Source: Gemmatales bacterium
GTDB lineage: Bacteria; Planctomycetota; Planctomycetia; Gemmatales; HRBIN36
Assembly: GCA_041640595.1 (NCBI GenBank)
Contig: JBEPZY010000006.1
Location: forward strand, 160,001 to 224,000
Direction: 5' to 3'
DNA length: 64,000 bases
Shown here: piece by piece, positions 33,190 through 41,810 of the stretch
Layout of the letters: the number at the start of each line of letters is the position of its first letter
Position numbering within the stretch: position 1 is the stretch's first letter
Translations under genes and position numbers: made by a program
The notes under the pieces: generated by a model
What the model was told of the DNA's origin: nothing
Database searches by the model: none
Seen by the model: the letters and a program-made list of their open reading frames with translations, nothing else

Positions 33190-33390
33190 GCAAGCGCAGT
33201 GCTGATGGGTCCGTATGCTGGCAACGACAACTCACCAGCTCCCTGCCGTGCCAAACAACCGCATCGTTTCCCACAAAAAGCGACTGTTTGACAGCCCCCT
33301 TTAGCTCGCTGCCCTGCCGGGTAATTACGTCGTTTTCCACACAAAGCGATTGTGCAGCGCCGCGCGTCAGTTCCCTGCCCTGCCAAAGCA
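33174..33390. repeat. Degenerate tandem repeat, period 65-66 bp, four motif copies
   Basis: CTCCCTGCCCTGTCAA (33174), CTCCCTGCCGTGCCAA (33239), CTCGCTGCCCTGCCGG (33305), TTCCCTGCCCTGCCAA (33371). Confidence 0.8.
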
Positions 33391-33500
33391 CTGTTCCGCG
33401 AACCTCGCCGAGGACCCAGCAAAAGCCACATCGGCTCTAAACACCTTTCCACCCACAGTGCTGACCTATGCCCATTTCTGCCAAGAACAAGGGAAAATGC

Positions 33501-33530
33501 TTGACTCAGTTGCCAGCGGTGAGTTATAAT
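33501..33530 (+). promoter_or_regulatory. Sigma70 promoter
   Basis: TTGACT-18 nt-TATAAT, then AGGAG RBS and ATG 33572. Confidence 0.65.
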
Positions 33531-33571
33531 CGAGCTAATTCACTGGGACTCGCGCCCCTAGGAGCCTTTAC

Positions 33572-34663
33572 ATGAAGCGAAGTGCAGCATTGCGGGTGGA
33601 AGCACTGGAAGATCGCTCTGTGCCAGCCGGTACCGTAACCATTTCCGGATGGGGAACCGGCAACATCAATGTCATCGGTGACCCCCAGGACAACCAAATC
33701 GAAATCACCCAGCCTGGCGGCCCAGCTACACTGAGGATTACAGGTCTCAGCGGCACTACTCTGGCTCTTGGAACCATCCCCGCTTCCTGGGTTTCTAGCA
33801 CAGTCCCCTCCACGCCGCCCTTTACCCAAGTGGACCTGGACTTGTCTTCTGTCAGCCTGGTCATCAATCAACTCTTCGTGGACCTCAGGGCTGGTAATGA
33901 TACCCTCAGCATCAATGGGGTCACTACGGCGGGCAATTTGATCGCGGCTTCCAGCGGTAACACCGGTAGCGACAACGATGTCTATCGCCTGGGCGCAGAC
34001 CATGCTGGCAGAGCCCTGTTAATTCGCGACAGTTTCGGGAGCAATAGAGCTATTCTCGATGCCGTCACAGCCCAAGACCCATCTACAATCTTTTTCGGAG
34101 CGGGCAACGATTTCCTGCTCATTGCAGGCAGCGGTACTATCTTCGCTAACGATTTGAAGATTTTCATGGGGGCTGGAAGCGATATCGTCCGGTTCGTTCC
34201 GGGCACCTCGCTTATCCAGGGCGATCTCCTTATCAACACCACTTCCAGTGTTGGCGATGGTGGTGACGCGGTGCTGATTGAGTGGGCCACCAGTCCCACC
34301 GCTCCTCCAACGCTGCAGGTTGACGGAAACACGACCATTGTTACAGGAAATGGAGCGGACTTGGTTCGATTTGGTTTTGGTACCGGCACCGGCCCGAGCG
34401 CCAAGCTCGGAGCGACTGCCAATAACACAGTCAACATCAATACTGGCAACCACAATGACAAAATCTTTGCCTCGCGTGTACAGTTTCCACTACTTACCGT
34501 TCAGCTCGGCAACGGCGACGATCAGGTTATGAACAACTGGGGCACTGCCAGTGTCAGCGTTGCGCCTGGCTCGGTCATAGATGGAGGCCCACACGTCAAT
34601 GGCGACACCATACCGTGGACTCCACCGCCACCGCCTGGCTTAACCGCGATAAACTTTCCGTAA
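33572..34663 (+). CDS. Planctomycete extracellular protein (LEPRxLL-like N-terminus, GxGND beta-roll-like repeats)
   Basis: LRVEALEDRSVPA; repeats AGND, GAGND, GAGSD, GNGAD, GNHND, GNGDD; rich in Gly/Thr/Asn. Confidence 0.8.
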   Translation: MKRSAALRVEALEDRSVPAGTVTISGWGTGNINVIGDPQDNQIEITQPGGPATLRITGLSGTTLALGTIPASWVSSTVPSTPPFTQVDLDLSSVSLVINQLFVDLRAGNDTLSINGVTTAGNLIAASSGNTGSDNDVYRLGADHAGRALLIRDSFGSNRAILDAVTAQDPSTIFFGAGNDFLLIAGSGTIFANDLKIFMGAGSDIVRFVPGTSLIQGDLLINTTSSVGDGGDAVLIEWATSPTAPPTLQVDGNTTIVTGNGADLVRFGFGTGTGPSAKLGATANNTVNINTGNHNDKIFASRVQFPLLTVQLGNGDDQVMNNWGTASVSVAPGSVIDGGPHVNGDTIPWTPPPPPGLTAINFP

Positions 34664-34791
34664 TCAGCAGCGCAAACTAGCCTGGCACGCGGAACGGTCC
34701 AGGCCGGTGGTCGTGGCCCCTTTTTGCGGACACCGGCACGTTTGGCTACGGTGGCCCGATTTCCTTCCGGGCATGTCTGAAAATCGCCGAT

Positions 34792-34864
34792 TAGCGGCGG
34801 GTGGATTCGAACCACCGACCCACGGCTTATGAAGCCGCTGCTCTGACCACTGAGCTACGCCGCC
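34792..34864 (-). tRNA. tRNA with CAT anticodon, probably elongator tRNA-Met
   Basis: GGCGGCG...GCGGC-TTCATAA-GCCGT...GGTTCGAATCC...CGCCGCTA; paired 1-72 position argues against initiator. Confidence 0.93.
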
Positions 34865-35187
34865 ACTCTTGAGGTTTGCGGCAAAAGGCAAGGTGCCATC
34901 GGCACCGCACCATTTATCGAGCTACGCCAGGACAAGGTTCACGCAAATTGTTCCTGGGCGTTTCGCTCGCGCCAGTTTTCCCTACTGATTGTATCACCGC
35001 ACTGGCCAGCGTGTCCAGCAGGCCGGTGCGGACATATTTGCTTCCCGGAAATTGATCGCATCAACCTTGCCCGCAGCCGAGCGTTTCATACCTAAATAGG
35101 CAACCCTCCTGTACCCTGCCTTCCCCAATGATTGCCTCCGAATTGTGGACGATGGCCGTACCACTGAACCCATAAAGGAGAGCGACG

Positions 35188-36084
35188 ATGCGTGTATGCT
35201 TTTGCGTTGCTGGAATGCTCGTGCTGATGGTGAATGCCGCCCCTGAACCGACAATCGCTCAGGATGGTGCCGGCAAAATCCGCGTGGTGATCATTGACGG
35301 CCAGAACAACCACGATTGGCGCAGCACTACGCCGTTCATGAAGCGAGTGCTCGAAGAGAGTGGGAAATTTACCGTGGACGTGTCATCAAATTTGCGGCCC
35401 GGCGACAAACCCGGCCGTGTACCCACCGTGCCATTCCCGCCCGATTTGAGCAAGTATGATGTGGTGCTGAGCAATTACAACGGTGCTCCCTGGCCGAGCG
35501 AGTTTCAGAAAGAACTGGAGACCCGTCTGCGGGAAGGCAAGATTGGTTTAGTCATCGTGCACGCCGCCAATAACGCTTTCGGTAACTGGGCCGAGTACAA
35601 CCGCATGATCGGTTTGGGCTGGCGTAACCCCAAAGGCGGCGAACGCATTTACCTGGACGACAACGGTCAGCTGGTGCGCGTGCCCGCCGGGCAAGGTGAT
35701 GGTTCCGGGCATCGCTATACCGGTGAATTTACTGTCGTCATCCGCGACCCTGAGCATCCCATCACAAAAGGACTGCCTCGGGAATGGCGGCATACTCGCG
35801 ATGAACTGTACGACAATCTGCGAGGCCCCGGGGAGAATATGCACCTACTGGCCACCGCCTACTCCAAAGGTACCCGGGCTCATGAACCCATGCTCTGGAC
35901 GGTCAGTTACGGTAAGGGCCGCGTTTTCCACACGCCGCTGGGGCATGACCTAAACGGCATGCGTTGCATCGGCTTTATTACAGTGTTACGGCGTGGTACG
36001 GAATGGGCAGCCACCGGCAAAGTGACCATTCCTGTCCCGGACAATTTCCCCACCGCCGACAAGACCAGCGCTGTCAAAGAGTGA
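35188..36084 (+). CDS. Secreted ThuA-like domain protein
   Basis: Signal peptide, DGQNNHDW, HPIT, DELY, YGKGRVFHTPLGH. Confidence 0.9.
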   Translation: MRVCFCVAGMLVLMVNAAPEPTIAQDGAGKIRVVIIDGQNNHDWRSTTPFMKRVLEESGKFTVDVSSNLRPGDKPGRVPTVPFPPDLSKYDVVLSNYNGAPWPSEFQKELETRLREGKIGLVIVHAANNAFGNWAEYNRMIGLGWRNPKGGERIYLDDNGQLVRVPAGQGDGSGHRYTGEFTVVIRDPEHPITKGLPREWRHTRDELYDNLRGPGENMHLLATAYSKGTRAHEPMLWTVSYGKGRVFHTPLGHDLNGMRCIGFITVLRRGTEWAATGKVTIPVPDNFPTADKTSAVKE

Positions 36085-37329
36085 TCACTCCACGGTGATG
36101 CGAAGCAGGTCGTCTCGCAGTTCCGGCAATTCCGCCAGACGATTTTGCCGGGCGGCTTCGCGGAACCGACGCAACGTAAGTTCCAGATGCTCTGCCGCAT
36201 CCGGATAATCTTCTCGGACGTCGTTGACCTCCCAGCGGTCATCCGGCTTGATGTACAACTGAGGCGGTGGGATAGGGCGATCCGGCAGGCTTCGCACCGG
36301 CAGAATCAGGTACCATTGATGCGTGCGGAGCGACCAGCACTCATCGAACTCCGATCGGCCAATGGCACAGGCGTATTCGCGCAGTTGCACATACTCGCCG
36401 CGTGCCAGTCCCAGAATGCTCTTGCCGTGAATTTCCTGGGGAACGGGAGCGGCGAAATATTCGAGCAAAGTCGGGAAAAAGTCCACCGGTTGCACCAGCT
36501 GCTGAATGCGTCGGCCTGCTTCTTTGCCGCCTGGCCAGCGGAGCAATAGCGGCAGGTGCACCATCTCTTCGTGTAAACAAACCCCGACATCGCCAACCAG
36601 TCCATGCTCGCCCAGAGGCAGCCCGCAATCGCTGGTGACCACCAGGAGCACCTCGTCGTACAGCCCTTTGCTCCGCAGAAAGTCCAAGAGCATGCCCAGC
36701 CATTGATCCACGCCGCTGACTACCCCGGCGTAACTGTAAAGCAAAACCTCGCGCTCCTCTTCAGTCAAATCCACGCCGACCCGTCCGATCTTCGGTTCGA
36801 GGATGGGTTGCTCCGGTGCCCCTTCGAGAGATCGAACGGCGTCATGGTCATATAGAGCCGACTCCCACGGCGGCTGCAGGGCACCTAACTCCAGCCATAA
36901 CAACCACGGATCGCTGGCGGCATACCGGCTGAGCCAATCGGTGGCGGCTTGGATACAACCAGCCGTGAGACTTTCTTGCTCGAGTTCCGCCAGACGATTT
37001 CGCCGGACTACCTGCACCATTTCCCAACCGCTGGCCCAGACCCCACGAATACTCGGACTGCGTTCATCACCGATGAAGACCGTGCGAACTCCTTGTTCCC
37101 ACAGTAACCGCAAAAGGCCTGGAGTACGGCTGGGACCACCGAAACCATGTCGGCCCGTAAACCAGCTCCGCCGCACTGCGATCGGCGATGCCCGATCCAC
37201 ATAGCACTGGTCAAACACAATGCCTTCCGTGGCTACACGATCGAGCGTAAAAGTATCCAGCCATTCGCTGCCGTAACAGCTCAGGTATGCCGGTTGCAGC
37301 CGATTGACGACTATCCAGATGCACTTCAT
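36085..37329 (-). CDS. Sulfatase-like (alkaline phosphatase superfamily) protein with degenerate active site
   Basis: LSCYG, FTGR, VVTSDCG-GEHG, HLPLLLRWP, VDFFPT; lacks the C/SxPxR motif. Confidence 0.85.
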   Translation of the reverse strand: MKCIWIVVNRLQPAYLSCYGSEWLDTFTLDRVATEGIVFDQCYVDRASPIAVRRSWFTGRHGFGGPSRTPGLLRLLWEQGVRTVFIGDERSPSIRGVWASGWEMVQVVRRNRLAELEQESLTAGCIQAATDWLSRYAASDPWLLWLELGALQPPWESALYDHDAVRSLEGAPEQPILEPKIGRVGVDLTEEEREVLLYSYAGVVSGVDQWLGMLLDFLRSKGLYDEVLLVVTSDCGLPLGEHGLVGDVGVCLHEEMVHLPLLLRWPGGKEAGRRIQQLVQPVDFFPTLLEYFAAPVPQEIHGKSILGLARGEYVQLREYACAIGRSEFDECWSLRTHQWYLILPVRSLPDRPIPPPQLYIKPDDRWEVNDVREDYPDAAEHLELTLRRFREAARQNRLAELPELRDDLLRITVE

Positions 37330-37692
37330 GTTCCTATCACCCAGGCGATCCAGGAAATGGCTTGAAAAGCTGTTTTCACGAGCCGATCTTCCCGAAATAA
37401 CGGAGTTACTGTCCCGAGACCAGCAGCATTCCAGCCAATCAGCTCAGGAACATTGTAGGATATGCCGCCTTCCGGAAACCCGCAACCTGACGTTTCACAG
37501 GATTGATCCAACGCGACCGCGAACGGAGCCGTTCAAACTTCTCGATAGCGGCAACTCAGCCCACGCCCACACTCCACATAAATCAGCAATACACGACCGG
37601 AGCCGCTCAGTCTTCCTGATAGCGGCACCCCCGCGAAAACTACCCTGGCAATTCCCACAAGCTTTACGCAAGTGCCGGCCTGACCCGGTCAG

Positions 37693-37721
37693 TTGACGTT
37701 ACCAACGCCCGGACACAAAAT
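37693..37721 (+). promoter_or_regulatory. Candidate sigma70 promoter of the VWA-FHA pair
   Basis: TTGACG-17 nt-CAAAAT. Confidence 0.35.
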
Positions 37722-37819
37722 ATTGTGGTGACGGAAGCTGCCGGACAACACGTTATTGTCAGCAACCGGACTGCCAATCAGGCCAATGGCGCGCCAAACG
37801 CACCAGGGATCAGGAATCC

Positions 37820-39100
37820 ATGACTCCAAAAATTCACCTCGAACGAATGATGCATCGTGACGTTATCAAAGTAGCCGGCGAGTCCGTAGCCAGCTACGCC
37901 TTGATCAAGTTGATACCGGCCGGGGATTTCAATGCCGTGCCCATGCGGCTAAACGTAGCCCTGGCTCTGGATGTCAGCGGCTCGATGTACGAAGAAGACG
38001 GTACGGGTTTGAGTCGCTTGCACCGTGTCCAGGAAGCTGCTCGTCGCGCGTTACAGCAGTTGCAGCCGCACGACCTCATCAGCATTGTCGCGTTTGGCCA
38101 CGATGCCCGCGTCATTTTGCCGCCCACACCTTTGTCCGAGCGGCAGAAGATTGAGGATCACCTGCTGGCCGTGGATCAGTTCAACGTGGACCCCGGCGGC
38201 ACTTCTATGGATCAGGGCATGCAACTGGCCGTGGCAGAGCTCCAGAAAAATCACGGCGAGGGCATTCTATCTCACCTGGTTATCCTCACCGATGGCGAGA
38301 CTTCCGGTGAATCCCTGTGCAAACAAATCGCCGCTTCCTTGCCCCAGCAAAAGATGCATCTCACCATCATGGGGATCGGCACGGAGTGGAATGCCAACCT
38401 GGTGAAAGAGTTGGCCAAACTGAGCAACGGCAAATGGTTTTACATCGAAGCCGAGAAACGCGAGGAAGCCGAACGCATTTTCGTTCAGGAATTTACTCAT
38501 CTGGCGAGCACAGCGTTTACTGAGGTGGAGATGCATCTGCGTCCACTCAAGGATGTCCGCGTGAAACGCTGCCGGTTAGTGGTGCCGGAAATCCGCGAAT
38601 TACCCTTGCGGGAAGTAGAAGAGCGGCATCTGGTCGCGGACCTCGGCACATTGGAAAAGGACAAGTCCACCCGCTACATCCTCGATTTCAGTTTGCCGCC
38701 ACGACCGGACGGTGATTACGTGATTTGCCAGGTGGAAGTTACCTACAAACTCGGAGCGGTGCCTGGCACCACTGGCGCGGTACCGCTGAAGGTGCGTTAC
38801 TCGGCTACGCAGCCCAGCTATGTCAACGCCGAGGTCATGAAGCACATTGACGATGTGCAAATTTATGAGATGAATGCCAACTTGCAGCAGGCGATCCAAC
38901 AGAATAAGGTTGAGGAAGTCAAGCGTCTGGCTCAGGCTATCGAACGCAAGGCCACTATGCTTGGCCCGCGCGCGGCCAAGAAAACTATGCTCGCCAAACA
39001 GGCGTTGCAGGAAATTAACGCCGGTGGGCGCGTCTCCAAGAAAACCATGCTCGCTCTGGAAGATTCCATGCGACTGGCGGAGGAAATGCCCACCAGCTGA
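37820..39100 (+). CDS. VWA domain protein (YfbK-like)
   Basis: LDVSGSM, GGT, LTDGE, IGTEWN. Confidence 0.9.
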   Translation: MTPKIHLERMMHRDVIKVAGESVASYALIKLIPAGDFNAVPMRLNVALALDVSGSMYEEDGTGLSRLHRVQEAARRALQQLQPHDLISIVAFGHDARVILPPTPLSERQKIEDHLLAVDQFNVDPGGTSMDQGMQLAVAELQKNHGEGILSHLVILTDGETSGESLCKQIAASLPQQKMHLTIMGIGTEWNANLVKELAKLSNGKWFYIEAEKREEAERIFVQEFTHLASTAFTEVEMHLRPLKDVRVKRCRLVVPEIRELPLREVEERHLVADLGTLEKDKSTRYILDFSLPPRPDGDYVICQVEVTYKLGAVPGTTGAVPLKVRYSATQPSYVNAEVMKHIDDVQIYEMNANLQQAIQQNKVEEVKRLAQAIERKATMLGPRAAKKTMLAKQALQEINAGGRVSKKTMLALEDSMRLAEEMPTS

Positions 39101-39173
39101 ACCGGTAGGCTTGCAATACCCAGGCCGTGCATCCATTGGCTAGCGAACAGCATCACTCGGGAGGACAGCATCC

Positions 39174-40064
39174 ATGATCCAGTGTCCGTTCTGCGGTTAC
39201 AACAATGAAGATGGCTCGCTCTTCTGCGAGCAGTGTAAGTCGGAGTTACCCGAAACTCTGGCTGCGGGCTCCCCTGTCGAAAAGCCTGTATCTTCCGGCC
39301 CGCCAATCGGTTTTGCCACACCGGCAGCTGAAGCGATCCCGGCTGCGGAACCATTGCCGGGTGTCGCGATCGCAGAGGCCGTTCCTGCCGCTCAAATTTC
39401 ACCTGCAGGTGTGCCAACGGCCGAACCGACTGCTCCGGCAATGCCCATAGCAGAGGCCGTACCCGTATCGCCGGCTGCACCGGTTGCCGAAGCCGTGCCG
39501 GTACCACCAGCCGCACCAGTTGCTGAAGCTGTACCGGTGGCGGCGGCTCCTCCGGTTGCAGAAGCAGTCCCAACTGCGGCGCCGGTTGCCCCGGCTGCTT
39601 CTCCTGCAGCGCCGGCAGCGGAAACGCCAGGGGTTACACCCGCCGCGACGGTCCCGCCAGCCCCCACAACCACGCCCACGGCCACTCCATCCGCGGCACC
39701 AAGTCCAACCGCTCCGCCCGCGGCAGCAGTCTTTCCTCCGGGAAGCCAGCCGCGCCTCAAGGTGATTCGCGGCATGAAAATCGGGGACGAATTTCCGATT
39801 TACGAAGGCGAAAATTTCATCGGCCGAGCTGACGAAAAACCCGTAGATATAGACCTCGAATATCAGGAACCCCCTGACCGCATCTGGACGTCACGTCAGC
39901 ACGCGGTGATCATTTTCGAAAACGGCCAGATGCATATCGAAGACCTGAACAGTGCCAACGGCACCTACGTCAACCGCCAGCGGGTTTATCCCGGCCAAAA
40001 ACAGCCGCTCAAACCCGGCGACGTGATTCAGATCGGCACGGTGCAAATGCGGGTGATCGTTTAG
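39174..40064 (+). CDS. Zinc ribbon + Pro/Ala linker + FHA domain protein
   Basis: CPFC...FCEQC; FHA IGR...SRQHA...SANGT. Confidence 0.92.
   Translation: MIQCPFCGYNNEDGSLFCEQCKSELPETLAAGSPVEKPVSSGPPIGFATPAAEAIPAAEPLPGVAIAEAVPAAQISPAGVPTAEPTAPAMPIAEAVPVSPAAPVAEAVPVPPAAPVAEAVPVAAAPPVAEAVPTAAPVAPAASPAAPAAETPGVTPAATVPPAPTTTPTATPSAAPSPTAPPAAAVFPPGSQPRLKVIRGMKIGDEFPIYEGENFIGRADEKPVDIDLEYQEPPDRIWTSRQHAVIIFENGQMHIEDLNSANGTYVNRQRVYPGQKQPLKPGDVIQIGTVQMRVIV
39330..39600 (+). repeat. Coding repeat (V/I)AEAVPxxxAAP, about 36 bp units
   Basis: IAEAVPVSPAAP / VAEAVPVPPAAP / VAEAVPVAAAPP / VAEAVPTAAP. Confidence 0.8.
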
Positions 40065-40653
40065 ACGGCTCCTGGCCTGTAGCGACCGGCAATTTCCTCT
40101 AACGCTCGATGGCCGATGGCGGATGGCCTCTTCGGTCGCCTCGTCTTGCTTCTGCGTGCCACCCGAAAGATGGATTTGCCCAGAATCGTAGAGGTGAAGC
40201 TCCTGTTTGCCCGATGGCGATATATCCGTGAAGGCAAGTCCCGATCCTGGGTGATTTATGAGCCGAAGTGCGGGGCTAGCCGCCAATGTACCTGCTATTC
40301 CGAACATCGCTGTTGGCGTTCTGCTTTTTCCGCAGAAAATCGGTTGTTCTCGTTGTGAGTAAATTGCCAGCAGTTCGTGCTGGTGTAGTGGCACCGAAAT
40401 TTCCTGATTGAGATGTTTCACCGCGTGTCGCACACGCAAACACATACAGAGCGCGACAGTATGGAAATTCCCTGGTTGAGATGCTTCGCCGCTGTTACGC
40501 AGATAGTACAACATCCGAAACGAGGTAAGAACACTGGTGCCCTGGCGAAGCAGTAGCGGTAGGCTTATAGTCAAGGGAACGATGCTGGCCCAGGCAACTC
40601 TTGTTCAGGGATCGGCTGTGCGCAATTGGCACGGAGCGTGAGAGGAGCTGCTT

Positions 40654-41739
40654 ATGCCAAGAGGATTGCGAGCTCTGGAATGGGTGGGCGAACGAGACGG
40701 CTTTTTGCGGATCGTTGACCAGACCAGGTTGCCGGGAGAAATACGTTATTTGCGACTGGAAACGGCGGAAGAAGTCTGCGAGGCGATTGTGCAATTGAGG
40801 ATACGCGGGGCACCCGCAATTGGCGTGGCCGCTGCATTCGGTGTCGTGTTGGGAATGCGCCGGGCGCGTTACACAACGGCAGCGGATGCCCTTGCCCATT
40901 TGCAGCGAGTGGTAGAAATGCTTCGTGAAAGTCGGCCAACCGCGGTGAATCTTTTTCACGCTTTACAGCGCATGGAGCGAATTGGGCAGTCGGTGATCAA
41001 GGATCCAGCGTTCAACCCGGCGGTAAATGACCTGGTACCACGGTTACTGGCAGAAGCGAAAGCGATATGGGACGAAGACCGTAACCAGTGTCGCAAACTG
41101 GCCGAACAGGGCGTTGGCCTGATCCGCGACGGAATGAATGTGCTGACTCATTGCAACACCGGTGCACTGGCGGCTTCGGATTACGGCACGGCGTTGGGGG
41201 TGTTGTTTGTGGCCCACGAATTGGGGCGATGCTTTACTGTGTACGCCACCGAAACCAGACCGTTATGGCAGGGAGCGCGACTCACCACCCTGGAGTTACA
41301 ACAGCGTGGCATCGAGACGGTGCTGATCTGCGATAATGCTGCCGGCTGGCTGATGCGGCAGGGGAAAATCCACCTGGTGTTGGTCGGTGCTGACCGCATT
41401 GCAGCCAACGGCGATACGGCGAATAAAGTTGGTACTTACACTTTGGCAGCTCTGGCACGCAGGCATGGCATCCCGTTTTACGTTGCCGCACCCACCAGCA
41501 CTTTCGATCCAACTTTGCCCGACGGTGAAAGTATTCCTATCGAACAACGTTCGCCGCAAGAAGTGACACAACCGTTCGGCTTGACGATTGCCCCCGCAGG
41601 AATCCGTGCCGAAAATCCGGCTTTCGACGTGACGCCAGCCGATCTGATTACGGGTATTATTACTGAGAAAGGCATCGTCCAGCCCGTGCAGCAGGAAACC
41701 GTAGCCCGAATACTGCAAACTACATGTCACGAAGCTTGA
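40654..41739 (+). CDS. mtnA: S-methyl-5-thioribose-1-phosphate isomerase
   Basis: DQTRLP, IRGAPAIG, RPTAVNL, THCNTG, GDTANKVG, NPAFDVTP. Confidence 0.96.
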   Translation: MPRGLRALEWVGERDGFLRIVDQTRLPGEIRYLRLETAEEVCEAIVQLRIRGAPAIGVAAAFGVVLGMRRARYTTAADALAHLQRVVEMLRESRPTAVNLFHALQRMERIGQSVIKDPAFNPAVNDLVPRLLAEAKAIWDEDRNQCRKLAEQGVGLIRDGMNVLTHCNTGALAASDYGTALGVLFVAHELGRCFTVYATETRPLWQGARLTTLELQQRGIETVLICDNAAGWLMRQGKIHLVLVGADRIAANGDTANKVGTYTLAALARRHGIPFYVAAPTSTFDPTLPDGESIPIEQRSPQEVTQPFGLTIAPAGIRAENPAFDVTPADLITGIITEKGIVQPVQQETVARILQTTCHEA

Positions 41740-41810
41740 CCCTGCCTTGCTCAAGAGCACGGCCAGGGTCTGCGTCATAGTGGAGCCATTCACCAGGTCT
41801 CGGGCCGCGT

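Noticed and set aside
33174..33390. CRISPR array (period of 65-66 bp is CRISPR-like)
   Set aside because: The conserved part is only about 16 bp, degenerate and non-palindromic; two inter-repeat segments resemble each other; no cas genes in the window
34687..34726. Intrinsic terminator after the surface protein gene
   Set aside because: T-tract present but the stem is short and imperfect
34792..34864. tRNA-Ile2 or initiator identity for the CAT tRNA
   Set aside because: No C1 mismatch or three consecutive G-C anticodon-stem pairs of an initiator; acceptor stem resembles elongator Met; Ile2 not strictly excluded
40065..40653. SAM riboswitch, sigma54 site or small ORF upstream of mtnA
   Set aside because: No SAM-I core found; TGGCACG lacks a -12 TTGC; the 80-aa ORF has no support
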